From IMG/VR virus record IMGVR_UViG_3300048062_000147: DNA of 53,442 bases; one strand, given 5' to 3'. Below are positions 30,101-40,200 of this stretch, in pieces; within the stretch, counting starts at the first letter, position 1; each line of letters starts with the position of its first letter. Both the position numbers and the translations under genes were made by a program. Source of the DNA: a virus. The notes under the pieces are model-generated. The model had not been told where the DNA came from, did no database searches, and saw only the letters and a program-made list of their open reading frames with translations.

Positions 30101-31055
30101 GATAGTACTAGTATTTTTGGATGCATTGCAAGGTGTAAACTTCCACAGATTGCAGACACCATTCTTGAGGCTGATGTCTAGAGGTATGCGTGTACATTTC
30201 TTCAAGGACTTTGATGAGCTGAAGACATTCAATACTGATGTTATCTCTCACATCGTAGTGTCTAGAAGATGTACCGTAAACAATTACAAGGCATTCAGTG
30301 AATGGCTCAAGGCTAACGACATCAAGCTGGTGCTTGATCTCGATGACTACTGGGAACTGCCAAAGCATAATGCGGCACACGACTTTTATAAGAAGCATAA
30401 GTCTATTGAGATTCTGGAGTCTATAAAGATGTGTGACATAATCTGGACACCGTCTAGATATCTAGGCAATCGTATGTCAAAGGTTAATCCAAAGGCAGAG
30501 GTTCACATCATACCCAATACACTGGACCTTACCCACAGCCAATGGCAGCAGAAGAAGAAGCCTAGCAAGGAGGTAAGGTTCGGATACCTTGGTGCGAAGA
30601 ACCACGGCAAGGACATCAACCTGATATCTTATGACTTCACCGGAAAGCAAATGCACTGCGTGAATATAGAGGACTACCCAGCGAGGTTCAAGGCTTCACA
30701 CATAATGCAACCGGGAACCATTGGAGACTACGGAAAGATGTACGAGAACTTTGATGTTTCTCTGGCGCCGCTTCAAGGCGGCACCTTCAACAAATCTAAG
30801 AGTGATCTTAAGGTTGTTGAGGCAGGGTACACAAGAAGCTCTATCATAGCCTCCAACACCACCCCCTACAAGGAGAGCATAGAGAACAACGTAACAGGCT
30901 TGCTGTGCTCTACACCAAGGGACTGGAAGCACGCCATTGAATCTATGACCAAGGAGAAGCATCGTGAGCTGTCAGGTAATCTGAACAAGCACATCAAGAA
31001 GCACTACGACTTGGACAAGTTGAATAAAATACGAACAGACTCTCTAGGACTTTAA
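30087..31055 (+). CDS. GT-B fold glycosyltransferase (group-1-like)
   Basis: 322 aa. The C-terminal half (FGYLGAKNHGKD...SKSDLKVVEAGYTRSSIIASNTTPYKESIENNVTGLL...DW..AI) follows the GT1 C-terminal domain pattern. Confidence 0.6.
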   Translation: MSQDKIVLVFLDALQGVNFHRLQTPFLRLMSRGMRVHFFKDFDELKTFNTDVISHIVVSRRCTVNNYKAFSEWLKANDIKLVLDLDDYWELPKHNAAHDFYKKHKSIEILESIKMCDIIWTPSRYLGNRMSKVNPKAEVHIIPNTLDLTHSQWQQKKKPSKEVRFGYLGAKNHGKDINLISYDFTGKQMHCVNIEDYPARFKASHIMQPGTIGDYGKMYENFDVSLAPLQGGTFNKSKSDLKVVEAGYTRSSIIASNTTPYKESIENNVTGLLCSTPRDWKHAIESMTKEKHRELSGNLNKHIKKHYDLDKLNKIRTDSLGL

Positions 31056-31056
31056 T

Positions 31057-31461
31057 ATGTTTATCAAAGAACAAGAGCTGTTCGAAGCCTTAAAGAACAG
31101 CTTCATACCAGACCTAACGCCAAGCCATAAGAAGATGGCAAGGTATGACTGCTACTCTAAGTCTCACAACCTAGACATAGAACTCAAGTGCAGGAAGAAA
31201 CACTACGACGATTTACTGATTGAAAAGAAGAAGTACGATGCACTCGTATTGAGAGCTGTTACCTTTGGCTCGTCGCCAGTGTATATCAATTCAACACCCA
31301 TTGGTGTATGGGCGTTCAGGATACTTGAGATAGGCGAACCCTCTTGGGAAACAAGGGGGATGCCAAAGACCTCAGAGTTTTCACAACGCCAGTTTATCGA
31401 TAAGATTGTAGGCTATTATCATATTGATTTAGGGGTGGAGATTACGGACAAAATTAAATAA
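31057..31461 (+). CDS. PD-(D/E)XK nuclease-fold protein candidate
   Basis: YDCYS...LDIELKCRKKHY fits D-x(n)-E-x-K. Confidence 0.4.
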   Translation: MFIKEQELFEALKNSFIPDLTPSHKKMARYDCYSKSHNLDIELKCRKKHYDDLLIEKKKYDALVLRAVTFGSSPVYINSTPIGVWAFRILEIGEPSWETRGMPKTSEFSQRQFIDKIVGYYHIDLGVEITDKIK

Positions 31462-31523
31462 CCGTCAGGTTATATTTTGTACCTTGCATCTCCTTTGTTT
31501 AACCCTGTAAAATACATTATGAT

Positions 31524-31646
31524 ATGGCTGAAGATATCAACCTCAGCGAAGACTTCGCAGACTTCGTAAACGAACTAGCAACCAGCGAAAAGAATAGCAA
31601 TGCGTGTTCAATCGACAACCCAGAATGCGAAGGCTGTGGGAGCTAA
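31524..31646 (+). CDS. Possible 40-aa acidic Cys-tail peptide
   Basis: MAEDINLSEDFADFVNELATSEKNSNACSIDNPECEGCGS. It is followed by the hairpin at 31665-31689. Confidence 0.3.
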   Translation: MAEDINLSEDFADFVNELATSEKNSNACSIDNPECEGCGS

Positions 31647-31664
31647 GCGAAGAATGTAATTCAA

Positions 31665-31706
31665 GAGAGGGGTCTTTACAACCCCTCTCGCCACTTAATT
31701 TAATTG
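31665..31706 (+). promoter_or_regulatory. Hairpin + ACTTAATTTAATT element (second cassette type)
   Basis: GAGAGGGGT-N7-ACCCCTCTC at 31665-31689, followed by GCCACTTAATTTAATTGACT. ATG is at 31710. Confidence 0.5.
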
Positions 31707-31709
31707 ACT

Positions 31710-32258
31710 ATGAATAAAACACAACGAGAAATCGAGGACGTGCTGCAGGTACGTCTATCCTTTATGCAGCTAGAGGATTACTGGGACAGGTACTCAAGAA
31801 AGAACAACGTCACTAGCAGCAGACTACACGAAAACGTAATACACCGACACGCATTCTGCCACGCAGTAAGGGAGAATGCTAGAATGTCCCTGCAGAAAAT
31901 TGGTAAGATCATTGGGCGTGATCACGCAACAGTTATATGGGGATGCAAGAATCACGAGATGAACTATAGGTTCGACTCTGATTACAGGATTGTATACGAC
32001 AACATCAACCAAGAGATACAGCATATGCTTCTAGAGAACGGCGTGGTCCCCAAGACCATAGCCGATGGTAACGATGTCAGGGATGTACACTTCAAGTTTC
32101 TAGATCTTTCAAAGAAGTTAAGAAGATCTATCAATACAGTCAACAGCTACAAGGTTGAGATCAATAAGGTAGAGGTATACAAGAAGCATATCGCCGAACT
32201 TCAAGCTAAAAACCAAAGGCTTAATAAAGAATTATCTAGATTAAAGAATCTACTCTAA
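31710..32258 (+). CDS. DnaA-domain-IV-like HTH DNA-binding protein with C-terminal coiled coil
   Basis: VIHRHAFCHAVRENARMSLQKIGKIIGRDHATVIWGCKNHE parallels the DnaA C-terminus (R..AMYL.RE.T..SL..IG..FG.RDHTTVLHA). Confidence 0.6.
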   Translation: MNKTQREIEDVLQVRLSFMQLEDYWDRYSRKNNVTSSRLHENVIHRHAFCHAVRENARMSLQKIGKIIGRDHATVIWGCKNHEMNYRFDSDYRIVYDNINQEIQHMLLENGVVPKTIADGNDVRDVHFKFLDLSKKLRRSINTVNSYKVEINKVEVYKKHIAELQAKNQRLNKELSRLKNLL

Positions 32259-32275
32259 CAATTAAATTAAATACT

Positions 32276-32752
32276 ATGGGTACTCACTCAAAAATTAAAA
32301 TGCCACCTAAGCTGTTTAAAAAAATAACTAGAGAATATAAGCGCCGATATAAACTTAATCCATTAGAAGCCACCAGAAAGAGGGAGAACGTAATCAGTAG
32401 GCACTGCCTAGGTCTGATCCTGCAGGATGAATTTCATATGGGGGCTACAGATATCAGCTCCCTGATAGGATGCGACCACGCCAACATACTCTACGGAAAC
32501 AAGAAGGCGGAGGAACAGATAGCTGTTAGGAATGCACAGTACGTTAAATCGCTGGAGAACTGGAGGCGCATCTTCAAGAGGAACGACATAGAGGTATCCG
32601 ATGCTGAGGACACAACAAACACAATAAAGAATAGAATAACAGCTGTTATTAGTGATGGCATCACAGATTCGCTTATACTCAAAGAAGAAGTAGGAGACGT
32701 CTTAATAGATGTGTTAAGAACTTTCGCACCAGAATATGTGGAGGAAGACTAA
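32276..32752 (+). CDS. Second DnaA-domain-IV-like HTH protein (divergent paralog)
   Basis: RENVISRHCLGLILQDEFHMGATDISSLIGCDHANILYG has the same architecture as the preceding gene. Confidence 0.5.
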   Translation: MGTHSKIKMPPKLFKKITREYKRRYKLNPLEATRKRENVISRHCLGLILQDEFHMGATDISSLIGCDHANILYGNKKAEEQIAVRNAQYVKSLENWRRIFKRNDIEVSDAEDTTNTIKNRITAVISDGITDSLILKEEVGDVLIDVLRTFAPEYVEED

Positions 32753-32812
32753 CCTTTGCGTATCTTTGACCTGATTCTTATCCTGCTTTTCTCATAGTCA
32801 TCTCTAAGCAGC

Positions 32813-32846
32813 GAAGGGTTCCTTAACGGGAACCCTTCTTTTTTTT
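32813..32846 (+). terminator. Intrinsic terminator ending the plus-strand arm
   Basis: GAAGGGTTCC-TTAACG-GGAACCCTTC at 32813-32838, followed by T8. Confidence 0.85.
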
Positions 32847-32942
32847 AGCCTTAGCGTAACAGCATTGCCCGTCACACTCCTTTGGCTCTATTTCACAATA
32901 CTCAATCTTTCTAGGGGTATTGTCTCTCTTTCTCTTACTCAT
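32823..32942 (-). CDS. Possible 39-aa basic Cys-rich peptide, last gene of the late arm
   Basis: MSKRKRDNTPRKIEYCEIEPKECDGQCCYAKAKKKKGSR. Its ATG overlaps the spanin stop (AATGAGTAA). Its stop codon sits in the loop of the 32813-32838 hairpin. Confidence 0.3.
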   Translation of the reverse strand: MSKRKRDNTPRKIEYCEIEPKECDGQCCYAKAKKKKGSR

Positions 32943-33369
32943 TAAACAGATACTTATCGATTAGTCTTTTTCCTATTGCCAGTGCTAACAGTATTAGCGC
33001 AAAGTAAAAAACTAATCCCTGTATCTTTTGCAAGAATGTTTTTTGTTCAACATATACAACTTTTTCAAATGGTACTTCAATCTGTTTCACTATCGTATCC
33101 GAGTCGCATTTGGCGTCTATAATAAGTGTGTCCACATTCCTTATTACTTTCACTTTCAGCCTTTCCTTCTCTACCACTATAGTATCTTGTTGCTTCGTAA
33201 TCACAGTATCCGTGGTAACCACAGGCGGCACTACAACCGTGTCCGTCACAACCAGCGTGTCTTTTTCCAGAATCATAGGATCTTTTTTCACCGCTCGCTT
33301 TAGGTGCCATTGAGCGCTGCAGCTCATCAATGAGCTTATTATAATTAACTGTACCAGCCATTTCATCAA
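32935..33369 (-). CDS. Unimolecular spanin candidate (N-terminal lipoprotein signal + C-terminal TM helix)
   Basis: MMKWLVQLIIISSLMSC (lipobox LMSC), a V/T-rich beta-type middle, and a C-terminal GLVFYFALILLALAIG helix. It lies directly after the endolysin. Confidence 0.55.
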   Translation of the reverse strand: MMKWLVQLIIISSLMSCSAQWHLKRAVKKDPMILEKDTLVVTDTVVVPPVVTTDTVITKQQDTIVVEKERLKVKVIRNVDTLIIDAKCDSDTIVKQIEVPFEKVVYVEQKTFLQKIQGLVFYFALILLALAIGKRLIDKYLFNE

Positions 33370-34043
33370 GATAGTGATTTAATCATTTCAATCATTTCAG
33401 GTTGAGGGAAGATATCTGTCTTGTCCTTACGCACAGAGTTGTGGGTGTACAGTCCAGCCTCGCCACGCAATGCCTTCTTAGATACGCTCCACATATCTTC
33501 TTCGCTGTAGTCTAACGGGATGCCGTAGATCTCGTTCCAGTATCTCAACAGATTTTCTACACTGCGTATCTGTTCGTCAGAATATCTGTGGTAGAATCTG
33601 TGTCCTTTGTACGGAGTCTCTAGTTCACACACCTCTTCCTTCGGCACTGTTCTGTCAACGTAGTTGTAGAACTTACCGTTCTTTTCTTCGAGCCATCCCC
33701 AAGCGTTGATCTCTACACCGATAGCAATCTTGTCTAGCCTCTGATAAGGGATGTCGTATGCTTGGAATGTACTTCTCTTTATACCTAAGTGATAAGCCCA
33801 GTATCTACTACTGAATGCCTGAGCGATTACACCGTCGCCTTCTTTGGCGCCTGTATTTGAGATACAGACGCAAGTGGCGATCCTGCCTCGGCTGTCTCTA
33901 CCCCAGTGCTTAATTGTGTTTACACCGCTGGAGTTACCCGCAGTGTGGTGCAAGTAAATCTGTTTCTTAGGGTGCTCTTCTTTTACATACTCACCGTCTG
34001 GTAGCGGCACCTGAATAATGTCCTTTAGGAAATCGTGTGACAT
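33366..34043 (-). CDS. Endolysin, N-acetylmuramoyl-L-alanine amidase (Amidase_2/PGRP type)
   Basis: Motifs YLHHTAG, IGVEINAWG and YSDEQIRSVENLLRYW match a T7-lysozyme-like zinc amidase. Confidence 0.8.
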   Translation of the reverse strand: MSHDFLKDIIQVPLPDGEYVKEEHPKKQIYLHHTAGNSSGVNTIKHWGRDSRGRIATCVCISNTGAKEGDGVIAQAFSSRYWAYHLGIKRSTFQAYDIPYQRLDKIAIGVEINAWGWLEEKNGKFYNYVDRTVPKEEVCELETPYKGHRFYHRYSDEQIRSVENLLRYWNEIYGIPLDYSEEDMWSVSKKALRGEAGLYTHNSVRKDKTDIFPQPEMIEMIKSLS

Positions 34044-34046
34044 AAT

Positions 34047-34271
34047 TTATTTTTGTTTAGCAAATTTTTCTAATCCAGAAACACCTAATGATCCAAGGGT
34101 CACTATAACAAAGCTGTTATATGTAAACTCGTTGATGTGTAGGTCTTTCCCAAACGCACCAGTGATCACATCGGCAAGCATCACTAGTACCATTACAGCA
34201 AAGGAGAGAAAACCTATAATGGTTTTCTCGTTCCAATTGTTGTCGTCCTTAAATATATCTGTGAACTTCAT
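34047..34271 (-). CDS. Holin candidate
   Basis: 74 aa with two TM helices and a charged C-terminus, immediately upstream of the endolysin. Confidence 0.6.
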   Translation of the reverse strand: MKFTDIFKDDNNWNEKTIIGFLSFAVMVLVMLADVITGAFGKDLHINEFTYNSFVIVTLGSLGVSGLEKFAKQK

Positions 34272-37200
34272 TATATATCTTCAATCTTTAGCTGTATGTA
34301 TTGCTTGTTGAAATCGGCAACCAATTTGTATCTAGCCTTTTCAAGCTGGTCCAGTCTAGCTTCTTGCTTTAGTGGATCCTTGATGCCTGCCGCCTCGTCC
34401 TCAAGCTTACTAATTTTTTTCAAACGAGATTTGTAATCCTTACCCATCTTATGCATTTTATATATCTTCTTGGCATCTGCCCCTTCGATTATGCCTGCCT
34501 TTACTTCCTTGAACTTTTGGTTAACATCAACAGTTCTTTCATAGAAGCTGTTTATATTTGAATACTCGTATGGCTGTCCGTTGAAGGTACGTACAAAAGG
34601 AATCTGTCTAGATTCTAGCTCGTCCCAGTTACCAGTCAAAATCTTATCTATAACATTTGCAGATCTTGTCACAAACTTACCCGCACCACCAGTAATAGTT
34701 TCAACTACAAAATCAGCCTTATCTGGATTTACATCTATGTATCCTGATCTATACGCAGACCCTCCAGTAACTTCGTTCAACCATTTAGCGATTGACTGTG
34801 TCCATCTGTAACCACTTTCTTTTCCTAATTGAGACTCCGGCTTTGGTGCAGGGTCGTATATGAAATTCTCGTTATATATCTTCTGTCCAAAATAATCTTC
34901 GTTAAGACCTATAGCCACTGGGATCTGAGTAGCAGTAGGCAAAATAAATTTAATAAAGAATGAAGAAGCATCTTTACTGGTAGGAAAGTTAATCGGGGAG
35001 AAAGAACCTATCGCAGTCTGCCCTATTGCCGATGCTACTTCTCCCGGAGTCTTAGTTCCATTCAATCCTTCAGATATGTAAGAACCTGCTACATAGAATA
35101 CGTTCGACCCATATGGCAAAGGTATCTTCCAATAGTCCTTGCCGTTAGGCTTCATAATGATTATGTTTCTTTCTTTTTCGAATTCCGGTATCTTAGAGAA
35201 GAAAGATTCTTCATCCTCATCTTCATCGCTCATCCATTCATTGAATACCGACATAACACCGCCCATAACAAACAAACCTACAGCCATCTTCTGCGCTCTG
35301 GTAAGGTGATACTTTCTATTCCCCTCGCTGTCTATTTTGTATGCAGGCTTTAAGCTACGTAACAATCTAGAGCTACCCTGAACAGAGGCATTGAAGAACA
35401 GATATAGGGTGTTACCCATCTGTCCTAATGAACCAGTTTTGTTAAAGTTAACTGTCAAGTTCTTTCCGAGCTCGGCGGCTTTGGCTCTAGGGGTGCCAGC
35501 CTTCCGAGCATTGACATATGCTGATAAACGAACTGCATTCTCTACAGAAGAGTTTACACGCTCAACTAAGTTAGCTGCAGCTTTGATTGCATTATCTCCT
35601 TTACCTCTTATCAACTTCTCAATGTCCTTGTTTATTTGATCTGCAGGCTTACTATAGAACCATTCAGTCTTAGCGCCGTCCTCCAAGAACTCCTTGTAGT
35701 ACTGATCCATATCCTTGTTTCTGGAGGCTTCCTTCTTGCCAGTCCATCCACCCTCAACAGCGAATATAGTTTTAAGTGCAGGGTACACATCTTTAACTGT
35801 CTTGCCTACAATGTTCTTATCTTTTATAAGTCCATCGTCTAGATCCTGTTCAGCATACAAGTTCAATACAGCTGTCTGAATATCTCTAGAGAAGTTACGG
35901 AATACGAAATCAGGATCGTATGTGGTAATCAAGCTACTAAGCATTCTGTTGAACCCACCTATATATTTAGTGAACCATTCAGCCTTAACTACATTAGCTC
36001 CTCTAAGAACATTAGCTAGATCAGCATCCTTAAATCTGACAAACTTGTAGTCACCATCAATACGGACAGATACCATACTCTCGTCAAGAAGATAATCGGA
36101 AACAGATTTAGCAACTGCTATCACCTTACCATCACGCATTGAGGTCTTATAATCTTTAGACGTTTCTGGATCTACAATTTCGTAAATATCTTTGTTCGGG
36201 TTGTTCTTAGCGAGTTCATAGAACCTTTTCATAACGTCGTTCTTAGCACCTCTAATAATTGTAGTGGTGTTAGAGATGATAGCCTGAGTCAAAGGAGAGT
36301 CTGCTTTTCTTTGACGTCCCTTAGCTCTTCTCTCTCTGGCACGTACCTCTAGTTTGCCACCGCCTTCAATAAACTCTGAGCCGAACTGCTCATCTGCGAA
36401 ACCTCTAAGCGGTACGTAGTTTTTATACGTAGCGTTAAATGCATCTATAGTGCCCTGAGATTCTAGACCAGACTCAACCAATCTATTTCTAGTATCTGCT
36501 ATCAACTCTCTGATAGCTGTTACTGCTGTGCGAATCTTCGGAGACAGCTGAGACACATCTGGAGATGTTAGATTGAGATCGTACTTAGCCAATATCTTTC
36601 TAGCTTCTACATCAGTCATACCAGAACCATCCTTCACTAACGCATTGTCATAGAAGAATCTGTAAGGTGTTGATCCATAGATCAATAGAAGGTCAGTCAA
36701 GTCAGACGACTTCAGATCTCTCTTGTTGGCTTCAATCTCTAGGTACTGTTCTTTAGAGATGCCTAGTAGCTGAGCGACATCTGTCGGTGTCATACCGCTT
36801 GTCTTTCTCATTCTAGATAAGTTCTTGCCAATATCTGTAGAGATAGTGCGAAGATATCTGTTTCGCTCCTGAGCGTGCATAGCATACAGCAACTCGTTAA
36901 CATCGTCTACTGACAGACCAGACTTCTTGATCTTGCTAGTGATGTCTTTTATTCTGTCTTCTGTTTTGTCTAGCTCGCTCTTAGCTTTACCGTGCATCAA
37001 TACTTCCGCATTACGGAAGTCTTGGTCTAGACCAACAGGCTTACCTGTAGCGTACTCAATATCTTCTTGGATGACAATGATGTCTCTGTAGCTGTCTTGT
37101 ATTCTACGTCTAGTAAGATCTACGAAACGCTCAAAAGCATTTCTTTCTCTTGACTTCCAAGTATCTGAGGCGGCAACATCTTGATCCACCTTATTGTCTA

Positions 37201-40200
37201 TCTGAGATCTAAACACACCTTCTTTATTGTCCTCAATGGCAGAGTATGTTTCCTTAGCGTTCTCTTCTTGTTTTACTTGGTCTTCAATCTGGAATCGTAC
37301 CGTTTCCCCCTTAGAGTTCTTGTACTCCTGAAGCTCCATAGGTTCAACCTTAGCTACCTTTGGAATAGCTCCAGCACTTGACGTAACATTAGATACAGCA
37401 AATTTAGGATCGGCTTTAGTGGATACCTCTGGACCAGACATATTGTACTTAGTGTACTCGTTAGTCAGGTCATAAGACTTGTAGTATTTGTTTGGCTGTA
37501 AGATACTTTTGATTACAGCTTTAACAGTCCATCCGAATGATGGGTGGTGATCTGGATCTCCCGGCTTAGTCTTAGATACCTCAAAGGTATTAGGATCAAA
37601 CTCTACAAAGCTCATAATCTCACCACCTTCAACACCTTGATTAAGAGGGTCTGCAATAAGATTGTAGAACTGATTCAAGTTCTTAATACCGATAGCATTT
37701 TGGAATTCTTTACTCGCAGCGATCTTCTGGTTAAGAGCTTTACGTAAGTTAGGAGAATAGTTGTTCTCAGCGTCAAGAAGCTCCACTAGTTTCATAGGGT
37801 TCTTCTTAAACGAGTTTAGATTTTTAAGTCTAGAGTTATTCTTTTCGTTGAACGCCTTGAATGCTTTGGAACCTTCTTTAGACTTGATGGCTTCGTTGAA
37901 CACTTCCATCAATCTAGCTTTGCTCATAATCTTGTTATCAAGCACTGCCTTTACCAGCTCCTCAAAGATATGGTGCTGGAACTGCCAAGAATCTGTCAAG
38001 GTTCCTGAGTGTGGGGCAAACAGATCAGCATTACCTTCTTTGGCGTTTCTGATAAACCCTTCTGCCTGTGACTTAGAGTTGAACGCAGCTAGGTTGGAAA
38101 CCTCGCCGAGTTCTTTACCATTGCGCTCAAGCATTAGGGGCACATAGTTTCTACCACCCAACAGCTCAATAGAAATACCATTACCTAGTTCGGTTGTACC
38201 CGCACTAGTATAATCATACATATTGGTAACGAAGTTTCTACCTTCTAGCTCATTGATGTCTATGTCAGTAACAAACTTGTTGACGAATCCTCTAGCGTCA
38301 TCAGACGCTTTAGGAGCGTCGATGACCTCTATCTGTTCTTTAGGTATGGAAATAGTGCCTACCTCTCCAGATTCGCCCTGCTCTTCAATCTGAATTTCCT
38401 TCTCTTGTAGGTATGGGTTTGCAACAAACTCATCAGGCAACAAGCCTACTTTCTGAGGGGCAAATTTCATTGTAGCGTAAGCCTTGTCTGTAAACTCCTG
38501 TGCCTCTTCAAGCTTCCCTTCCTTACGAAGGGCTCTACCTTTGTCTCTGAGTTTAAATGCTTCGTCGTTAACTCCAGAGAAGTTTACATAGCTGTTCTGA
38601 CCTCTAGTCTCAGCTGTCAATGCTTTACGTGCTAGTGGGCTGTACATTCTAGAGTGTACATCCCAGGCGTTCTCCTCTCCGATAGGACCGAAACCGTTAC
38701 CTCTCTCTGCGTGTCCAAAGAAGTCGTGTACAAATCTAAAGACATCATTTAATAATAGTGTTCGACCATTTACATCTTTGTATTTTGTCTCTGCTAGAAG
38801 CGGGTTGTCTTTTCTTTGATCAGCTGTGATGCCTGCATCACCGAACCCTGAGTCTGTACTGAAGATTCGCATATTCTTGTTCTTGCGAAGATCTTCGATC
38901 AACTCATTACTGTTGTTGTACGGCTCGTTATTATTTACCTCTACTTTGTATCCACCCTTAATAATAGCCTCGTACTGCTCTATAGTTTCATCAGCCATAG
39001 CCTTATATGCAGCAGCAACCTCTGGACTGGTAGGGTTGTTCTTCATCGCTGTATAGGCGTCAGAGATCCTTTTTGCGAGCTTTTTGTCAATCTTTCTAAT
39101 CAGATTACCATCTGTGTGTTTGAGCCCCTTAGACTCCATATAAGCGATAGCTATAGTGCGTGCATCCTTGAGTGGTTCATTGGCTATTCTAGAACCTACC
39201 GGAACGTCTAACTGTAACCTAGAAGCCTCATAAGGATTCTTGCTGTTCACAACAGCTGCTGCCTCTGGGTTTATCTCAACTGTTAGCTCGGTACGTCCTT
39301 CAAGTGCATCTAAGAATCCATTGACAAAGTCAAACGCTTCCTCCTTAGACTTAATAGCTGTGTCGTCTATCTTGAGTCCTAGTACATCGTTAAGTATTCT
39401 AACAACAGCTTTTCTGATTCGCTCAATAGTTGACAGAGACATCTTCTGTACATCAATGCCGTCCTTGACCTCTGCAACAAACTCAGCTAAGAACTCCTCG
39501 GCAATCACTGCATCCTCAAGAGTTAGACCCTTGCCGTACACCTCTCTGTTGAGGTATTCTTTTTGGAAAGCTGTTAGCTTATTGGCTAACGCTTTCTCTA
39601 CCTTGGTACCTTTACTCAATTGTAATCTCACCTCATTAGTGAATCGCACAATCTGTTTTGAGTTTAGATCAACAGCTTTAACATAAGCGTGCATCATCTC
39701 GTGAGACAAGCTGCCTAGGCTAGCTTTGTCTGCATTTACTACTACAGCAGATGTGCCATCCTCAAGTGTTCTGAATTGAGCTCTTGACGAAGACCCTGTA
39801 ACGTTCTGCATATCAGCATCGCTAACTACATATACATTTACAGGAGCAGCACCAATAGACGATAACGCACTATTGAAACTCTCAATCATCTGTGGTGCCT
39901 TATCACTAAGATTGATAGCATCCACAGAAGCAGTTTCTAGCTGTTGTCTATCAGCGCTTGGTTCTTCAGCGACAGCTGCTTCTTCCACTGCAGCCTGATC
40001 AACCATTACTTCAACACCATATGTTTTCTTGCCTCTTCTACCAGTTGTTTCGGTAGATAATACAAGTAGGCTTGGATCCTCCACAGACAATCTTTCCTGA
40101 AGGGCTTCCACTGCTGCCATTGCCTCTTCTTCTGTGGCGTAGGTCATTTCCTCTTCAGGGAATATTCTTCGCCCTGTAGTAGGATCTTCTGCAACAGCTT

